DNA of 64,000 bases from NCBI GenBank assembly GCA_049512935.1, contig JBEKWR010000001.1, forward strand, positions 64,001 to 128,000, written 5' to 3'. Shown piece after piece: positions 47,125-57,482 of the stretch. Below the pieces are notes generated by a model. It worked only from the letters and a program-made list of their open reading frames with translations, did not search any database and was not told the DNA's origin. This stretch comes from Candidatus Bathyarchaeia archaeon. GTDB lineage: Archaea; Thermoproteota; Bathyarchaeia; Bathyarchaeales; Bathycorpusculaceae. Positions within the stretch are counted from its first letter, which is position 1, and each line of letters starts with the position of its first letter. The position numbers and the translations under genes were made by a program.

Positions 47125-47919
47125 TTAGGCTTTGCCAGCTTTCACTTGTTCGTAGAGGTCCATGGCTTCATTCGGAGTGTAGCCGTCGTGGACAACTGCT
47201 CTTAAGCCTCGTATGGCGGCGACTGGGCACTCGGTTTGCCAAACGTTCCTACCTAGGTTGACGCCGATTGCGCCTGCCTGCATGCCAGCGTAGACAAAGT
47301 CGAAAACTTCCTTCTGAGTTTCAGTTTTGGGTCCCCCCGCCATGACGACTGGCACTGGGCATCCTTCAACAACCTTGTGGAAGTTCTCACAATAGTAGGT
47401 TTTAACGACGCGTGCGCCGATTTCAGCGGAAATTCTCGCTGCCAAAGCCAAGTACCTTGCTTCGCGCTTCTCAAGCTCTTTGCCGACGGCTGAAACAGCC
47501 ATAACTGGAATCCCGTAGTCTTCGCATTCGTCGACGAGTTTGGCTAGGTTGCTTAGGCTTTTGTTTTCGTATTTGCTCCCGACAAACACAGACATAGAGA
47601 CTGCCGAAGCGTTCAGCCTGATGACTTCCTGGACGGATGTAACGATGCTTTCGTTCGCCAAGTCTTCCCCGACCACGGAAACCGCGCCTGAAACACGCAT
47701 GATGATGGGTTTCTCAATGGCTGGATCGATGCAGTTGCGCAGGATGCCGCGGGTTAACATAAGGGCGTCTGCGTACTGGTAAATCGGCTTGATTGTTTCC
47801 CCGGGCTTCTCAAGGCAGTGCGTTGGTCCTTGGAAGTAGCCATGGTCAACGGGTAAAAAGACTGCTTTGCCGTCTTTCTGGATAAGTCGGCTTAACCTGT
47901 TTTTCATACCCCACTCCAA
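47125..47919 (-). CDS. lsrF: LsrF-like thiolase / DhnA-type class I aldolase
   Basis: MEWGMKNRL, DHGYFQGP, VKTYY, AGGPK, GRN. Confidence 0.85.
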   Translation of the reverse strand: MEWGMKNRLSRLIQKDGKAVFLPVDHGYFQGPTHCLEKPGETIKPIYQYADALMLTRGILRNCIDPAIEKPIIMRVSGAVSVVGEDLANESIVTSVQEVIRLNASAVSMSVFVGSKYENKSLSNLAKLVDECEDYGIPVMAVSAVGKELEKREARYLALAARISAEIGARVVKTYYCENFHKVVEGCPVPVVMAGGPKTETQKEVFDFVYAGMQAGAIGVNLGRNVWQTECPVAAIRGLRAVVHDGYTPNEAMDLYEQVKAGKA

Positions 47920-48175
47920 AGTTTATCTCACCGCCGAACTCTTTGGCTTAAGAATTAAATTAACCTTTTCTTCACGTTGCCCCGAAATAAGAGCAAACGG
48001 ATAATTTGCGTTTTTTCATAAAATATGAAAAGAGAAACTTTAACGGAAGACCAATTACTTAACGTGCTCGTGGCATTTGCAGCCGTGCGGCTTATACCCT
48101 CCGCAATGAGGGCAAATGATGCTTTCGAGCGCGACAAGTTTTCCGCAGTACCTACAAGGGTGCATATAAGTTCAT

Positions 48176-49054
48176 TCACCGCCTGTTTGTGGTGCCCTGT
48201 GAATCTTTTAGCGCAGGAGCCATTGTTTTTGCTTTCTTTCGTTTCGTCAAGACTGCCGCAGAAGCCACCGCTGACGCCGCGATGATTACGGCGCCCGCGA
48301 AGACGCCGACAAGAAAGATCGACGTCTGCTGAGGCTTAGGATTCGAAGCGACAGGTACTCCCGTCTTGGTAACGGTCGGTACAGGCGAGGAGGAGGGCGC
48401 AGGCGTCAATGTAGAGTTTTGGGCTGCCGTCGTTTCGTTGGACGGCAAGGGCGACGTGTTGGGTTGGAAAATTGTTGGCGGCACAGTTTCCTGCACCGAG
48501 GAACCAGTTATTACTGCGTTGTCTGGGTACCCTTCGCTTTCCTCTGTGCCTAAGAAGTTGTAGTTTACAAGCTGGATCTGAGTAAGGGCGTCTATCCACT
48601 TGTAGCCCCAGTCGCCGGGCACAACCAATCGCAGTCCGCCTAAAGGTTGGTCGTTTACTTCGTAAGCCACCAAGATGTTAGTGTTTTGCGTCGCCGCTGA
48701 GACGGTAAGGTCTGTGGTGAAGCCGTCGGTTGCGAAGAATGCGACCTTGACGGCGCTTGAGGACACGTTAGCCTGTTGAAGTAAGTAAGAAAGTTGGACG
48801 CCCGTCCAGGAGCCCTCTTCAAGAGGCGTCGGACCATCAACGCAGACCAAAGCGGCGTTTTCGGTAGTTTGAGGCATTGCCTCGATTTGGTCAAGAGTTA
48901 GACTTAGTGGGTTTTGGACTAGACCAGTTATTGTGAGCGCCGTTGCTGGGTTGGGAGTTTGGGCGCGGGTTGAGGGCAGTTTTGGGCTGTAGGCTATGAG
49001 GGCTAAAGCTGTTAGGACTGTCAAGGTGATGGCTAAAAGGCGTTTTTTGTTCAT
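48176..49054 (-). CDS. Surface-anchored molybdopterin-binding (sulfite oxidase/MsrP-like) protein
   Basis: LVCVDG, WTGV.L, LRLVVPG.WGYKW; signal peptide, S/T/P linker, C-terminal TM. Confidence 0.82.
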   Translation of the reverse strand: MNKKRLLAITLTVLTALALIAYSPKLPSTRAQTPNPATALTITGLVQNPLSLTLDQIEAMPQTTENAALVCVDGPTPLEEGSWTGVQLSYLLQQANVSSSAVKVAFFATDGFTTDLTVSAATQNTNILVAYEVNDQPLGGLRLVVPGDWGYKWIDALTQIQLVNYNFLGTEESEGYPDNAVITGSSVQETVPPTIFQPNTSPLPSNETTAAQNSTLTPAPSSSPVPTVTKTGVPVASNPKPQQTSIFLVGVFAGAVIIAASAVASAAVLTKRKKAKTMAPALKDSQGTTNRR

Positions 49055-49077
49055 TTGAGGTCAGGCCCAACCATAAG

Positions 49078-49099
49078 AAATATGACACATGTCATATTT
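49078..49099. promoter_or_regulatory. Perfect palindrome at the Mo-protein promoter
   Basis: AAATATGACA-CA-TGTCATATTT. Confidence 0.6.
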
Positions 49100-49210
49100 A
49101 AGGCTTGTTTAAAAGAAAACTCAACCGTTGCCACATAACCCACTTAGCGCCCGCCGTTTGCCTTCACAACCAATTCTTCTAAAATTACCAAACGGCGCCG
49201 CTTGCAATTT

Positions 49211-49438
49211 CTATTTTGATGCTGGTTTCAAAATTAAGTAGCCTTTCTCTATGAGCCAGTGATGAAACTGCCATGTCGTGTACAGGCAACTGCTGCTGCA
49301 CTTCTGCCGCACCTGCTCGTAAGCGACCGACCCCTCCGAGAGCGTGTTCAACTCCACTTGGACCGGGCACTTCACGTCCTTGCAGAATTCCCTTCGCTTG
49401 TACTCAACAAACCCTTCAGGCGCCATTTTCCATCGCAC
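49211..49438 (-). CDS. Small Cys/His-rich hypothetical protein
   Basis: FCKDVKC...CSSSC...FHHWL. Confidence 0.65.
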   Translation of the reverse strand: MRWKMAPEGFVEYKRREFCKDVKCPVQVELNTLSEGSVAYEQVRQKCSSSCLYTTWQFHHWLIEKGYLILKPASK

Positions 49439-49605
49439 GCTACTTCACAGTCTACACTAATAAGCCCTTTGCCGCACCGCAATCAAACCAGCAGATTCCA
49501 AGTTGCACCTGCGGCTTTTTTATTTAAACCGCATTCAGTGCTTTCAGTTCGAGGCAGGCGGATGTTTAGGTTCCCTTTTAAGCTGGTTTTTAATTTGTTG
49601 CGTGT

Positions 49606-50235
49606 ATGCCCAAACTTTACCTGTTAGGCGGAGAAAACGTGTTTAAGCGAAGCGCGTGGGAAGTAAACGAGAGCGCTTTCAAAGAGGCAGGAGGGCACCC
49701 GTCTGTCGCTGTGTTTCCTTGGGCGCGAGCATCTTTTGACAGAATGTACCGTGAACGCAAGATTCTCTTTGACTACTTTGTCAGCCTCGGCGCCAGCACA
49801 GTGGATTTCATTGAGTACTCCGATTCCAACGAGGCAATCGCCCAGAAAATCGCGTCTTCAAACCTGATTTACCTGACGGGCGGACTAGTCACCGCGTTAG
49901 TTGAGCGTTTCAGAAAGATGCAGGTAGACAGCCTGCTTAAAGATTACCCAGGCGTCATCGTTGGCAGAAGCGCTGGGGCACTGGCTCTCTGCAAGAGATG
50001 TGTAATAACTGGTCGCTGGAACAGGGAGGTCAGGTTGGTCGATGGTTTGGGCTTAGCCGACCTTACCCTTAAGGCTCATTATAAACCTCGAAAAGACGAG
50101 GCGCTGCTGCAGTTGTCGCAAGATGAAAAAATTTACGCCGTACCCTCACGGTCAGCAATCCTTTATGAGAATGGCTGTTGCTCTTTTATCGGAAAAATTT
50201 ACCTGTTTGCGAACGGCGAAAAAACCATGCTATAA
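49606..50235 (+). CDS. Peptidase S51 (dipeptidase E-like)
   Basis: YLTGG, GRSAGA, HY. Confidence 0.82.
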   Translation: MPKLYLLGGENVFKRSAWEVNESAFKEAGGHPSVAVFPWARASFDRMYRERKILFDYFVSLGASTVDFIEYSDSNEAIAQKIASSNLIYLTGGLVTALVERFRKMQVDSLLKDYPGVIVGRSAGALALCKRCVITGRWNREVRLVDGLGLADLTLKAHYKPRKDEALLQLSQDEKIYAVPSRSAILYENGCCSFIGKIYLFANGEKTML

Positions 50236-50262
50236 TTGTTCTGCGGCGCTTTCCCAAGATGT

Positions 50263-50505
50263 TCACTTGTTGTCTTGCCGCGGTTTTCTTTGAGCAACCG
50301 CAAGAATGACAGTGACCAAAATAAGCACAAGAAGTACCGTGCCGAAGAACATCAGGGGAATCCTGACCGCAGGCTGGTTCTGAAGAACATTTGTGGTAGG
50401 CATCCCTCCAAGATAGGCCGCTAAATAAATAATCACGAAGACCGCGCCTACCCCTTCAAGAGAGAATAGCACGGTACTGGCTAATTTTTGGTTTGTAAAC
50501 GCCAT
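50263..50505 (-). CDS. Small two-TM protein
   Basis: Two hydrophobic segments. Confidence 0.6.
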   Translation of the reverse strand: MAFTNQKLASTVLFSLEGVGAVFVIIYLAAYLGGMPTTNVLQNQPAVRIPLMFFGTVLLVLILVTVILAVAQRKPRQDNK

Positions 50506-50661
50506 TGAAATTAACTCTTTTGACTTTGTCGATTTAACAATTTAAGACGAATTTATATTTAAATTAATCCTTTCACGGGGAAGAATGAAAATAACAAAAA
50601 ACTAATTTGCGTCAAACCGAAAAAATAATATACTCTGAAAAGAAGAAGTTGTGGCAATTGG

Positions 50662-51615
50662 TTGAGGGCTATGGCTGAAAGTAAATTCTACACGCCGCTG
50701 AAAATAGGGTTATTCACGGTTGTTTTAGCCTATTTTCTGTTTGCTTTGCACGACACTTTCACCCTCTCATGGGTTGGCGAATGGAACCGCATAGGCGGAG
50801 CACACCACTTTCTGATGGACATCTTCGTGGAAGACATCGTTGGCTTCGTGGGGGTCGTCTTCAGATTCGCAGCCGGCATCATAGCCTTTGCGGCAATAGT
50901 CTATTACTTTGCCAAGAAAAACTTCTCGAAACCCGCATTGTTCAAGGTGGCAAGGTGGGTTGTGGTTTTCGAAGGCATTTACTGGTTTACGCTTCTTCCA
51001 ACAGGATTGTACGAGGTGCAAGACTTGTTTTTCACCAAAAGTTTCAGTCACCACACCTTAACGTCTGTTCTGAGTTCATTCGCGACAAACGGATTGCCTG
51101 TGTTGGTTGAATCTTTAGCCATTCCCGCTGTCTTGTTTGTTTTAGCTTACAAACTGAACCCAAACAAACCCTTTAAGGGAGTGATACAATGGGGACTGAT
51201 TGGCGGCACAGTTTACATCTTCGTGTTCTGGCTGCTTAACTTAACCATGTGGGTCACGACAACAAACATCAAAGGAACAATATACCTAACTTCCTACCCG
51301 CAGAACCTACTCAGCTACGTTCTAACCGCGTTCGGCATGCTGGCTTTGGCAATTTTCACCGCGGGATTTGCCGTGAAATCAAGAAGGGCAGAAACCATGG
51401 AAGAATTGAGCCTGAAAATCGTCGGCGTTATCATATTGGCTCTTGGACTCTACTACCTGTGGAACTATCTGACGTGGATTTACTTCGGAGGCTGGAGCAC
51501 CTGGTACGCGTGGTTCCTTGGACACAACGAGGACTTATGGATACTTTCCCTCCCGCTGCTTGGGCTCCCGCTGCTCTTTGCAGCTAAACCCAAAGAAAAA
51601 AATGCTTCAAAGTGA
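50662..51615 (+). CDS. Multi-pass membrane protein
   Basis: About 8 hydrophobic helices. Confidence 0.75.
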   Translation: MRAMAESKFYTPLKIGLFTVVLAYFLFALHDTFTLSWVGEWNRIGGAHHFLMDIFVEDIVGFVGVVFRFAAGIIAFAAIVYYFAKKNFSKPALFKVARWVVVFEGIYWFTLLPTGLYEVQDLFFTKSFSHHTLTSVLSSFATNGLPVLVESLAIPAVLFVLAYKLNPNKPFKGVIQWGLIGGTVYIFVFWLLNLTMWVTTTNIKGTIYLTSYPQNLLSYVLTAFGMLALAIFTAGFAVKSRRAETMEELSLKIVGVIILALGLYYLWNYLTWIYFGGWSTWYAWFLGHNEDLWILSLPLLGLPLLFAAKPKEKNASK

Positions 51616-51697
51616 CGTCAATGTTGCAGGGGATTTCACTCAGGTTCGAACAGCTTTTTTTGTGATACCTTTTTAAAACAGTTAAACAGCATTCAAA

Positions 51698-52393
51698 TTG
51701 GTTTCCATGCGTAAATCAATCGTCTTTGCAGTCAACCTAATCGTGCTGTTAGGCGTTTCACTGTTGGGGGTAGCTTTTGCCCAGAGCAGTTTGGTCGGCG
51801 TCAAGGCAGGCGACTGGATTCAGTACCAAGTGACCGAAACAGGCAACCCCGCGTCAGAGTACAACATAACTTGGGCAAGAATGAACATCATAAACGTTCA
51901 AGGCGAAGTCATAACCGTGAACGTCGTAACCGCGTTCGGCAACGGAACCCTGTTTCCAGAAAACAGCATTCACCTCAACTTGGCAACTGGCGCAATCGGA
52001 GACGGCTTCTTCGTGCCCTTGAACTTAACCGTGGGCGACCAGTACCGCACCGAGTACGAAGGCGTCATAAACATGACAGGCACCAAACAGATTGAAGCGG
52101 GCGGCGCACAGCGAACCGTACTCATCGGCGTCACTAACGAGAGCACGTACAACTGGGATAGGCAAACAGGCATCATGGTTGCGGCAACGTCAAACCTGCC
52201 CGGATGCGTCATGTACACGACGACAAACCAAACCAACCTTTGGGCACCGCAAACATCTTCGCCACAGCCTCAGATTTTCGGCATAAACCAAACCACCTTT
52301 TACGCGCTTATAATCGGCGTAATCGCTGTCGTAGCGGTGTTGGTGGTTGCAAGCGTGCTGTTTATTCGCCGAAGGAAAAAGCCTGTGTCTTAA
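51698..52393 (+). CDS. Secreted protein with C-terminal TM anchor
   Basis: Signal peptide, VGVKAGDWIQY, WDRQTGI, TM + RRRKK. Confidence 0.78.
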   Translation: MVSMRKSIVFAVNLIVLLGVSLLGVAFAQSSLVGVKAGDWIQYQVTETGNPASEYNITWARMNIINVQGEVITVNVVTAFGNGTLFPENSIHLNLATGAIGDGFFVPLNLTVGDQYRTEYEGVINMTGTKQIEAGGAQRTVLIGVTNESTYNWDRQTGIMVAATSNLPGCVMYTTTNQTNLWAPQTSSPQPQIFGINQTTFYALIIGVIAVVAVLVVASVLFIRRRKKPVS

Positions 52394-52447
52394 CCAACAT
52401 GCCAAAGCTTATAGGTATCTTGCAGAATAGCCAAGAATGGAAGAACC

Positions 52448-53785
52448 TTGTTAAAACATAAGAGAAAAATTCTTCGGGTTTCAATCTTAAGCTTAGCCTG
52501 CACAATGCTTTTCTTGCTTGCCGCAGGCTGCTTCCAGGGTTCCGCGGCGGTCGCTTCTGCCCAGCCAGTGGCTAACCCGAATGGCCCTGTGATCATAGCC
52601 AACTTTAACGTGCCAGTCGACCCAGGCTCATCCACCTTCATGTCGCGCGTCGTCTCCACCGCGCAGGGCCAACACGCAGCCGCTATTGTTATCGAGATGA
52701 ACACGCCTGGCGGATTCCTCAGCGACATGCTCGACATAATAAGTTCTATCACGGCTGCGAACGCTTCAGGCATCCCAACTTACACGTTCATCGTGCCTAG
52801 CGGTCTTGGCGCTTCAGCAGGCAGCTACATAGCCATGGCAACAAACAGCATTCTGATGGGCCCAGGCTCCGAAATAGGTCCAAGCACACCCATCGTGGAG
52901 GGCGGCACGGCGCTGCAGCAAAACCATACCGAAGACGCGATGATAAGCCTGATGCAAGGTCTCGCAGAGCAATGGAACCGCAACCCAAACGCGACTGCCA
53001 ACATGGTCATTTCTGACATTGCATATTCGGCTAACGATGCCGTGTCACTAAACGTTGTTAACGGCATTGCAAACTCTCTGTCAGACGCCATCAACCAATG
53101 GGGCTTGTCTGCCAATCCGCAGATAACGCTTAGTGAAAACCTATATGAACAACTGCTCAGCGCTTTAAGCAACACCATTCTGGACGGCATCCTCTTCCTC
53201 GTCGGAATCGTGGCAATCGTGCTTGACTTTTTACACCCAACCATCGTGTTGACTGTGCTGGGAGCCATCGCGATAGTTGCTGGTTTGATCGGCGCAGAGG
53301 TCGTCGGCGCCTCGCTCCTAGGCATCATCATTCTGATTGTGGCTGCGGGACTAATTGTTTTGGAGTTGAAGCTTGGACACGGCTTTGCACTTATCGCAGG
53401 CGTAGTTCTAGGAGCCATCGGAATCTACTTCCTCTCCTTCAACCTTTCCTACTCGCCTTCTCCGATAGGGGACTTGGCGATTCTTGAACTTAGTCTGCTG
53501 GTCGTGTTCGGAGTACTCGCAGGCTTGTACATCAGATTGGTCATCGGGCCGATAAGACGACGCTCAAAACTCACAGGCGCGGAATCTTTGATAGGGAGAA
53601 GAGGCATCGCGATAACCGACCTCAACCCCAAAGGCGAAGTCAGAGTTGAAGGGGTAATTTGGCGCGCCGAATCAGCGTCAGGCGAAATCGCGAAAGGCGA
53701 GCGGGTTACCGTAAAGGCGCTCAAAGGTCTGGTTGTCACGGTTGAAAAAGCGGAAGAGCCGACAAATCAAGCGTCCAAACCGTAA
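52448..53785 (+). CDS. nfeD: NfeD-family membrane-bound ClpP-like protease
   Basis: NTPGG, ASAG, TM bundle, L.P.GEVRVEG.IWRA OB fold. Confidence 0.88.
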   Translation: MLKHKRKILRVSILSLACTMLFLLAAGCFQGSAAVASAQPVANPNGPVIIANFNVPVDPGSSTFMSRVVSTAQGQHAAAIVIEMNTPGGFLSDMLDIISSITAANASGIPTYTFIVPSGLGASAGSYIAMATNSILMGPGSEIGPSTPIVEGGTALQQNHTEDAMISLMQGLAEQWNRNPNATANMVISDIAYSANDAVSLNVVNGIANSLSDAINQWGLSANPQITLSENLYEQLLSALSNTILDGILFLVGIVAIVLDFLHPTIVLTVLGAIAIVAGLIGAEVVGASLLGIIILIVAAGLIVLELKLGHGFALIAGVVLGAIGIYFLSFNLSYSPSPIGDLAILELSLLVVFGVLAGLYIRLVIGPIRRRSKLTGAESLIGRRGIAITDLNPKGEVRVEGVIWRAESASGEIAKGERVTVKALKGLVVTVEKAEEPTNQASKP

Positions 53786-54825
53786 CGTCCAACTGTGAGT
53801 TTTTCAGCACCAGCCTGAGTGATTAGAACGGTGTCTTCAATTCTTACTCCGCCGTAACCTGGCAGGTATATTCCAGGTTCATCCGTAACGACGTTGCCAA
53901 CTTCCAAGACGTCTTTGCTGTCAGGGCTTAAAACGGGAGCTTCATGGATCTCCAAACCCACCCCGTGACCAAGGTTATGAACAAAAAACTCGCCAAAACC
54001 ACACTCTTCAATCGCCCGTCGCGCGGCAGCATCTACATCAGCGGCTGAAACGTTGGGTTTCAGAGCATCAAAGGCGCGTTGGTGCGCCAGCTTAACTGTC
54101 TCATAGATTTTCCTCTGCTTTTCACTGGGTTTGCCTGCCGTGAACGTTCTTGTCATGTCTGACCGGTAAAAGTCGCATGTTGCACCCAAATCAACCACAA
54201 CCAATTCGCCATCGCGGATTGTTCTGCTTGAGCAGGACCCGTGCGGAAACGCGGAGTGGGGTCCCGATGCGATTATTGTGTCAAAGCTTGTCCCGTCTGA
54301 CCCCTTTTTTCTCATAGCGTACTCAACCTCAGCCGCCACTTCCCTCTCTTTCACGCCGGGACGGATCATTTCAGAAGCCACCTGCATGCCCGCAGACGCC
54401 AAGCCGCATGCGTTCCGAATCAGCTGGATTTCCTGATCGTCTTTTACCCTTCGAAGCCTAAGTATCAGGTAATTGGCTGACACCAGTTTTTCTTCGCCTC
54501 CAACTGCTTTGGCAAGGGCACGCCAACTTTCAATCGGCAACGAGTCAACAGCAAACTTGCTGGCTGACGCCTGGTTTGTGATTTTCTCCATGAGGTTCTC
54601 GCCTCTTTTTAAGAGTTCAACGGTTAAGCCTTTAGCTTCCGCCTTTGCCTGGGCATAGTTCACTCCTGAAACGAAGAGTACATTTTCTCCCTGCTCCGGA
54701 ATCAGCAGCGCGGTTGCTCCCGGAAAACCCGTAAAGTAAGTCAAGTTGTTGGGGTTGAAAATTATGAAGTTGCAGGACATGCCTTGTTTAGTCGCTGATT
54801 GTTTTAGGGCGTCAGTTCTTTTCAT
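53767..54825 (-). CDS. Xaa-Pro aminopeptidase (M24)
   Basis: [36 protein letters not shown]. Confidence 0.92.
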   Translation of the reverse strand: MKRTDALKQSATKQGMSCNFIIFNPNNLTYFTGFPGATALLIPEQGENVLFVSGVNYAQAKAEAKGLTVELLKRGENLMEKITNQASASKFAVDSLPIESWRALAKAVGGEEKLVSANYLILRLRRVKDDQEIQLIRNACGLASAGMQVASEMIRPGVKEREVAAEVEYAMRKKGSDGTSFDTIIASGPHSAFPHGSCSSRTIRDGELVVVDLGATCDFYRSDMTRTFTAGKPSEKQRKIYETVKLAHQRAFDALKPNVSAADVDAAARRAIEECGFGEFFVHNLGHGVGLEIHEAPVLSPDSKDVLEVGNVVTDEPGIYLPGYGGVRIEDTVLITQAGAEKLTVGRYGLDA

Positions 54826-55007
54826 TTTTTCGCCTGCGTACGGAAAAAATGGCTTTTGGACTGCTTTAACTTTTCGCTTCATTTTTGTTTTTTGTGTTGT
54901 GCATTGAAAAACAATTCGGTTTAAGCCTTGAAATTTTAAACAAAGTTCCCATTAACTTAATATAGTTTTCAATTAGATTCCCTTCATCAGGAATTTGAGG
55001 GGAAAAT

Positions 55008-56903
55008 ATGTTTGCTTATGCGGGAAAAATTTTATACGTAAACCTCACAACTGGAGAAATCAAAACAACTCCATTATCTGAGCAGATGGCGAAGGATTAC
55101 ATCGGTGGCATAGGCTTAGGCATCCGCTTGCTGTTTGACAATTCAAAACCGGGAACCGACGCTTACGACCCTGATAACCCAATAATCTATTTGACGGGCC
55201 CACTCAGCGGCACTATGGGGCCAACAGGCGGAAACAGCTACGCCGTCGTATCCAAATCTCCCGCAACGGGCGGCATCGGCAACGCTGAAGCCCACGGCTT
55301 CTTCGGTCCAGACCTGAAACGTGCAGGATACGATGCTGTCGTTATCAAAGGTAAAGCTCCGAAGCTTTCTTACTTGTGGTTAGACGATGACAAAGTTGAA
55401 ATCCGAAACGCTGAACACCTGAAATACGCGACGGTTAACGAAACTGACCATAAAATCCGAGATGAACTTGGCGACTTCTACATCCGTGTCTCAGCCATCG
55501 GCGAAGCAGGCGAAAAAATGTGCAGGTTCGCCGCAATCATAAATGATGAGTTCCGCGCCATAGGAAGAAGTGGGATGGGCGGAGTCATGGGCTCCAAAAA
55601 TCTCAAAGCAGTGGCTGTGCGGGGAACACATGACGTTAACGTTGCAAACCTAGAAGGATTCAAAGAATTTATCAAAATGATTTATGAACGCATGAAGGGT
55701 CCATCAACCAAGAAATATAAAACCTTAGGCACACCCGAAAACGTTCTTGTTCTCAACTCACTTTCAGCGTTGGCAACGAGGAACTGGACGAACGCAAGTT
55801 TTGAAGGCGCCGAAAAAGTCAGCGGCGAGTACTTCAACGAGCATTATGTCAAGAAAATTGTCGGCTGCGCAACTTGTGGCATGCGTTGCGACCACATCGG
55901 TGTCGTTCCTGAAGGACCGTACAAGGGCTCAACCTCAAGGCTTGAGTTCGAGTGCCTCTGGAGCATGGGACCACTCTGCGGCATCGACAGGTTAGACGCA
56001 ATTATCGAAGCAATGCGCATAGTAAACGAGTACGGCATGGACGGCATATCCATCGGTGTCGTTGTAGCATTCGCAATGGACCTCTATGAGCACGGCATAA
56101 TCACGAAAGAACAAACTGACGGAATTGATCTCAAGTTTGGAAATGCTGAAGCGTTGATTGCAGAAATCCACAAAATCGGCAAACGTGAAGGCTGGCTAGG
56201 AAATGCGCTTGCTGAAGGAGTAGCTAGAGCAGCTGAAATCATCGGTGGGGACGCGTACAAGTACGCCTGCCACATCAAAGGCTTGGAGTTGCCAGGCTAC
56301 GACCTGAGAACCTTAAAGACTGCGGCACTTGGCTTTAGTGTCTCGTTCCGTGGAGCATGCCACCTCAGAAACGGCGCTTACTCACCTGACGTTAAAGGCA
56401 AAGTAAACCGCTTCAAGATTGAGAAAGGCAGAGGCAAAATGATCACAGATGAAAGCTACATGTACAACATCATCGACTCACTCATCGTCTGCAAATTCAG
56501 CAGAGGCACATACTATGACGGTTGGAAAGACCTGACAAACTACTACACACTTGCGACAGGAATCCCGATTACACCTGAAGAAATGATCAGAGACGGAGAC
56601 AGAATTGAAAACCTAGCAAGACTCTTCAACATACGCGAAGGCAAAGGAACACGCAAGTACGACGATGTACCCTACAAAATAAAGCATTTCCCAGTCCCCG
56701 ACGAGGGACCAGCTAAAGGCGCCTGCGTCAACGACGAGGAAATGGCGGTAGGCTTAGACGATTACTACGCTTCAAGAGGCTGGACAGTTGACGGCATCCC
56801 AACCGTTGAACGACTGCAACAGGTAGGCTTAGGGGACTTGGCATACATTGCTGAAAACGCAATGAAAGCCGCTCAAGAAGCCAAACCACAAGGAGGCGCG
56901 TAA
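55008..56903 (+). CDS. aor: Tungsten aldehyde:ferredoxin oxidoreductase family
   Basis: KSPATGG, GRSGMGGVMGSKNLKA, CATC..RC, RGACH, DSLIVC. Confidence 0.92.
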   Translation: MFAYAGKILYVNLTTGEIKTTPLSEQMAKDYIGGIGLGIRLLFDNSKPGTDAYDPDNPIIYLTGPLSGTMGPTGGNSYAVVSKSPATGGIGNAEAHGFFGPDLKRAGYDAVVIKGKAPKLSYLWLDDDKVEIRNAEHLKYATVNETDHKIRDELGDFYIRVSAIGEAGEKMCRFAAIINDEFRAIGRSGMGGVMGSKNLKAVAVRGTHDVNVANLEGFKEFIKMIYERMKGPSTKKYKTLGTPENVLVLNSLSALATRNWTNASFEGAEKVSGEYFNEHYVKKIVGCATCGMRCDHIGVVPEGPYKGSTSRLEFECLWSMGPLCGIDRLDAIIEAMRIVNEYGMDGISIGVVVAFAMDLYEHGIITKEQTDGIDLKFGNAEALIAEIHKIGKREGWLGNALAEGVARAAEIIGGDAYKYACHIKGLELPGYDLRTLKTAALGFSVSFRGACHLRNGAYSPDVKGKVNRFKIEKGRGKMITDESYMYNIIDSLIVCKFSRGTYYDGWKDLTNYYTLATGIPITPEEMIRDGDRIENLARLFNIREGKGTRKYDDVPYKIKHFPVPDEGPAKGACVNDEEMAVGLDDYYASRGWTVDGIPTVERLQQVGLGDLAYIAENAMKAAQEAKPQGGA

Positions 56904-56905
56904 AC

Positions 56906-57418
56906 ATGGTACGCCCGCAAGACAGAAAATTTGTAACAGCTGACCCAGAGAAATGCATAGGCTGCTGCGTCTGCGAGTACGCTTGCAGCATGGTTAACGA
57001 GAAAACATTCAACCCGACCAAATCACGCATCCGTGCGATGCGCATGGGGCCGCTCGTGAATCTGGCAGTCACATGCAGGCATTGTGAGGAACCCGCGTGC
57101 GTTGCGGCGTGTCCAAGGGACGCACTGAGCCAAGAAGAGGATTCGGGAATAATCCGTGTTGACGAGAACGCGTGCAACGGCTGCGGATGGTGCATCAGCG
57201 CGTGCCAATTCGGCGCAATGAACATGCATCCCGACAAGAAAGTCGTCTTCACATGCAACAGCTGCACAGACAACGAAACAAAAGAACCGCAATGCGTCAA
57301 ATGGTGCCCCGAAGAAGCCCTGACTTACGTTACGGCTGAAACGCTTGCGCAGAAGTACCGACAGAAAGCCGTCAAGAACCTGTTCCAAACGGCAGAAACA
57401 GAAGCCAAATCAAAATAA
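56906..57418 (+). CDS. 4Fe-4S dicluster protein (AOR partner)
   Basis: Four Cys clusters. Confidence 0.9.
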   Translation: MVRPQDRKFVTADPEKCIGCCVCEYACSMVNEKTFNPTKSRIRAMRMGPLVNLAVTCRHCEEPACVAACPRDALSQEEDSGIIRVDENACNGCGWCISACQFGAMNMHPDKKVVFTCNSCTDNETKEPQCVKWCPEEALTYVTAETLAQKYRQKAVKNLFQTAETEAKSK

Positions 57419-57482
57419 ACACTTTCACCTTAGCGCGTTTTTAAGCGCTCTCTCTTTTTTAGAATCTGGTTTTCCGCATTTG

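Noticed and set aside
52825-53418. Long antisense ORFs (also 16409..17020, 56728..57300 and others)
   Set aside because: They are shadows of well-supported genes on the opposite strand.
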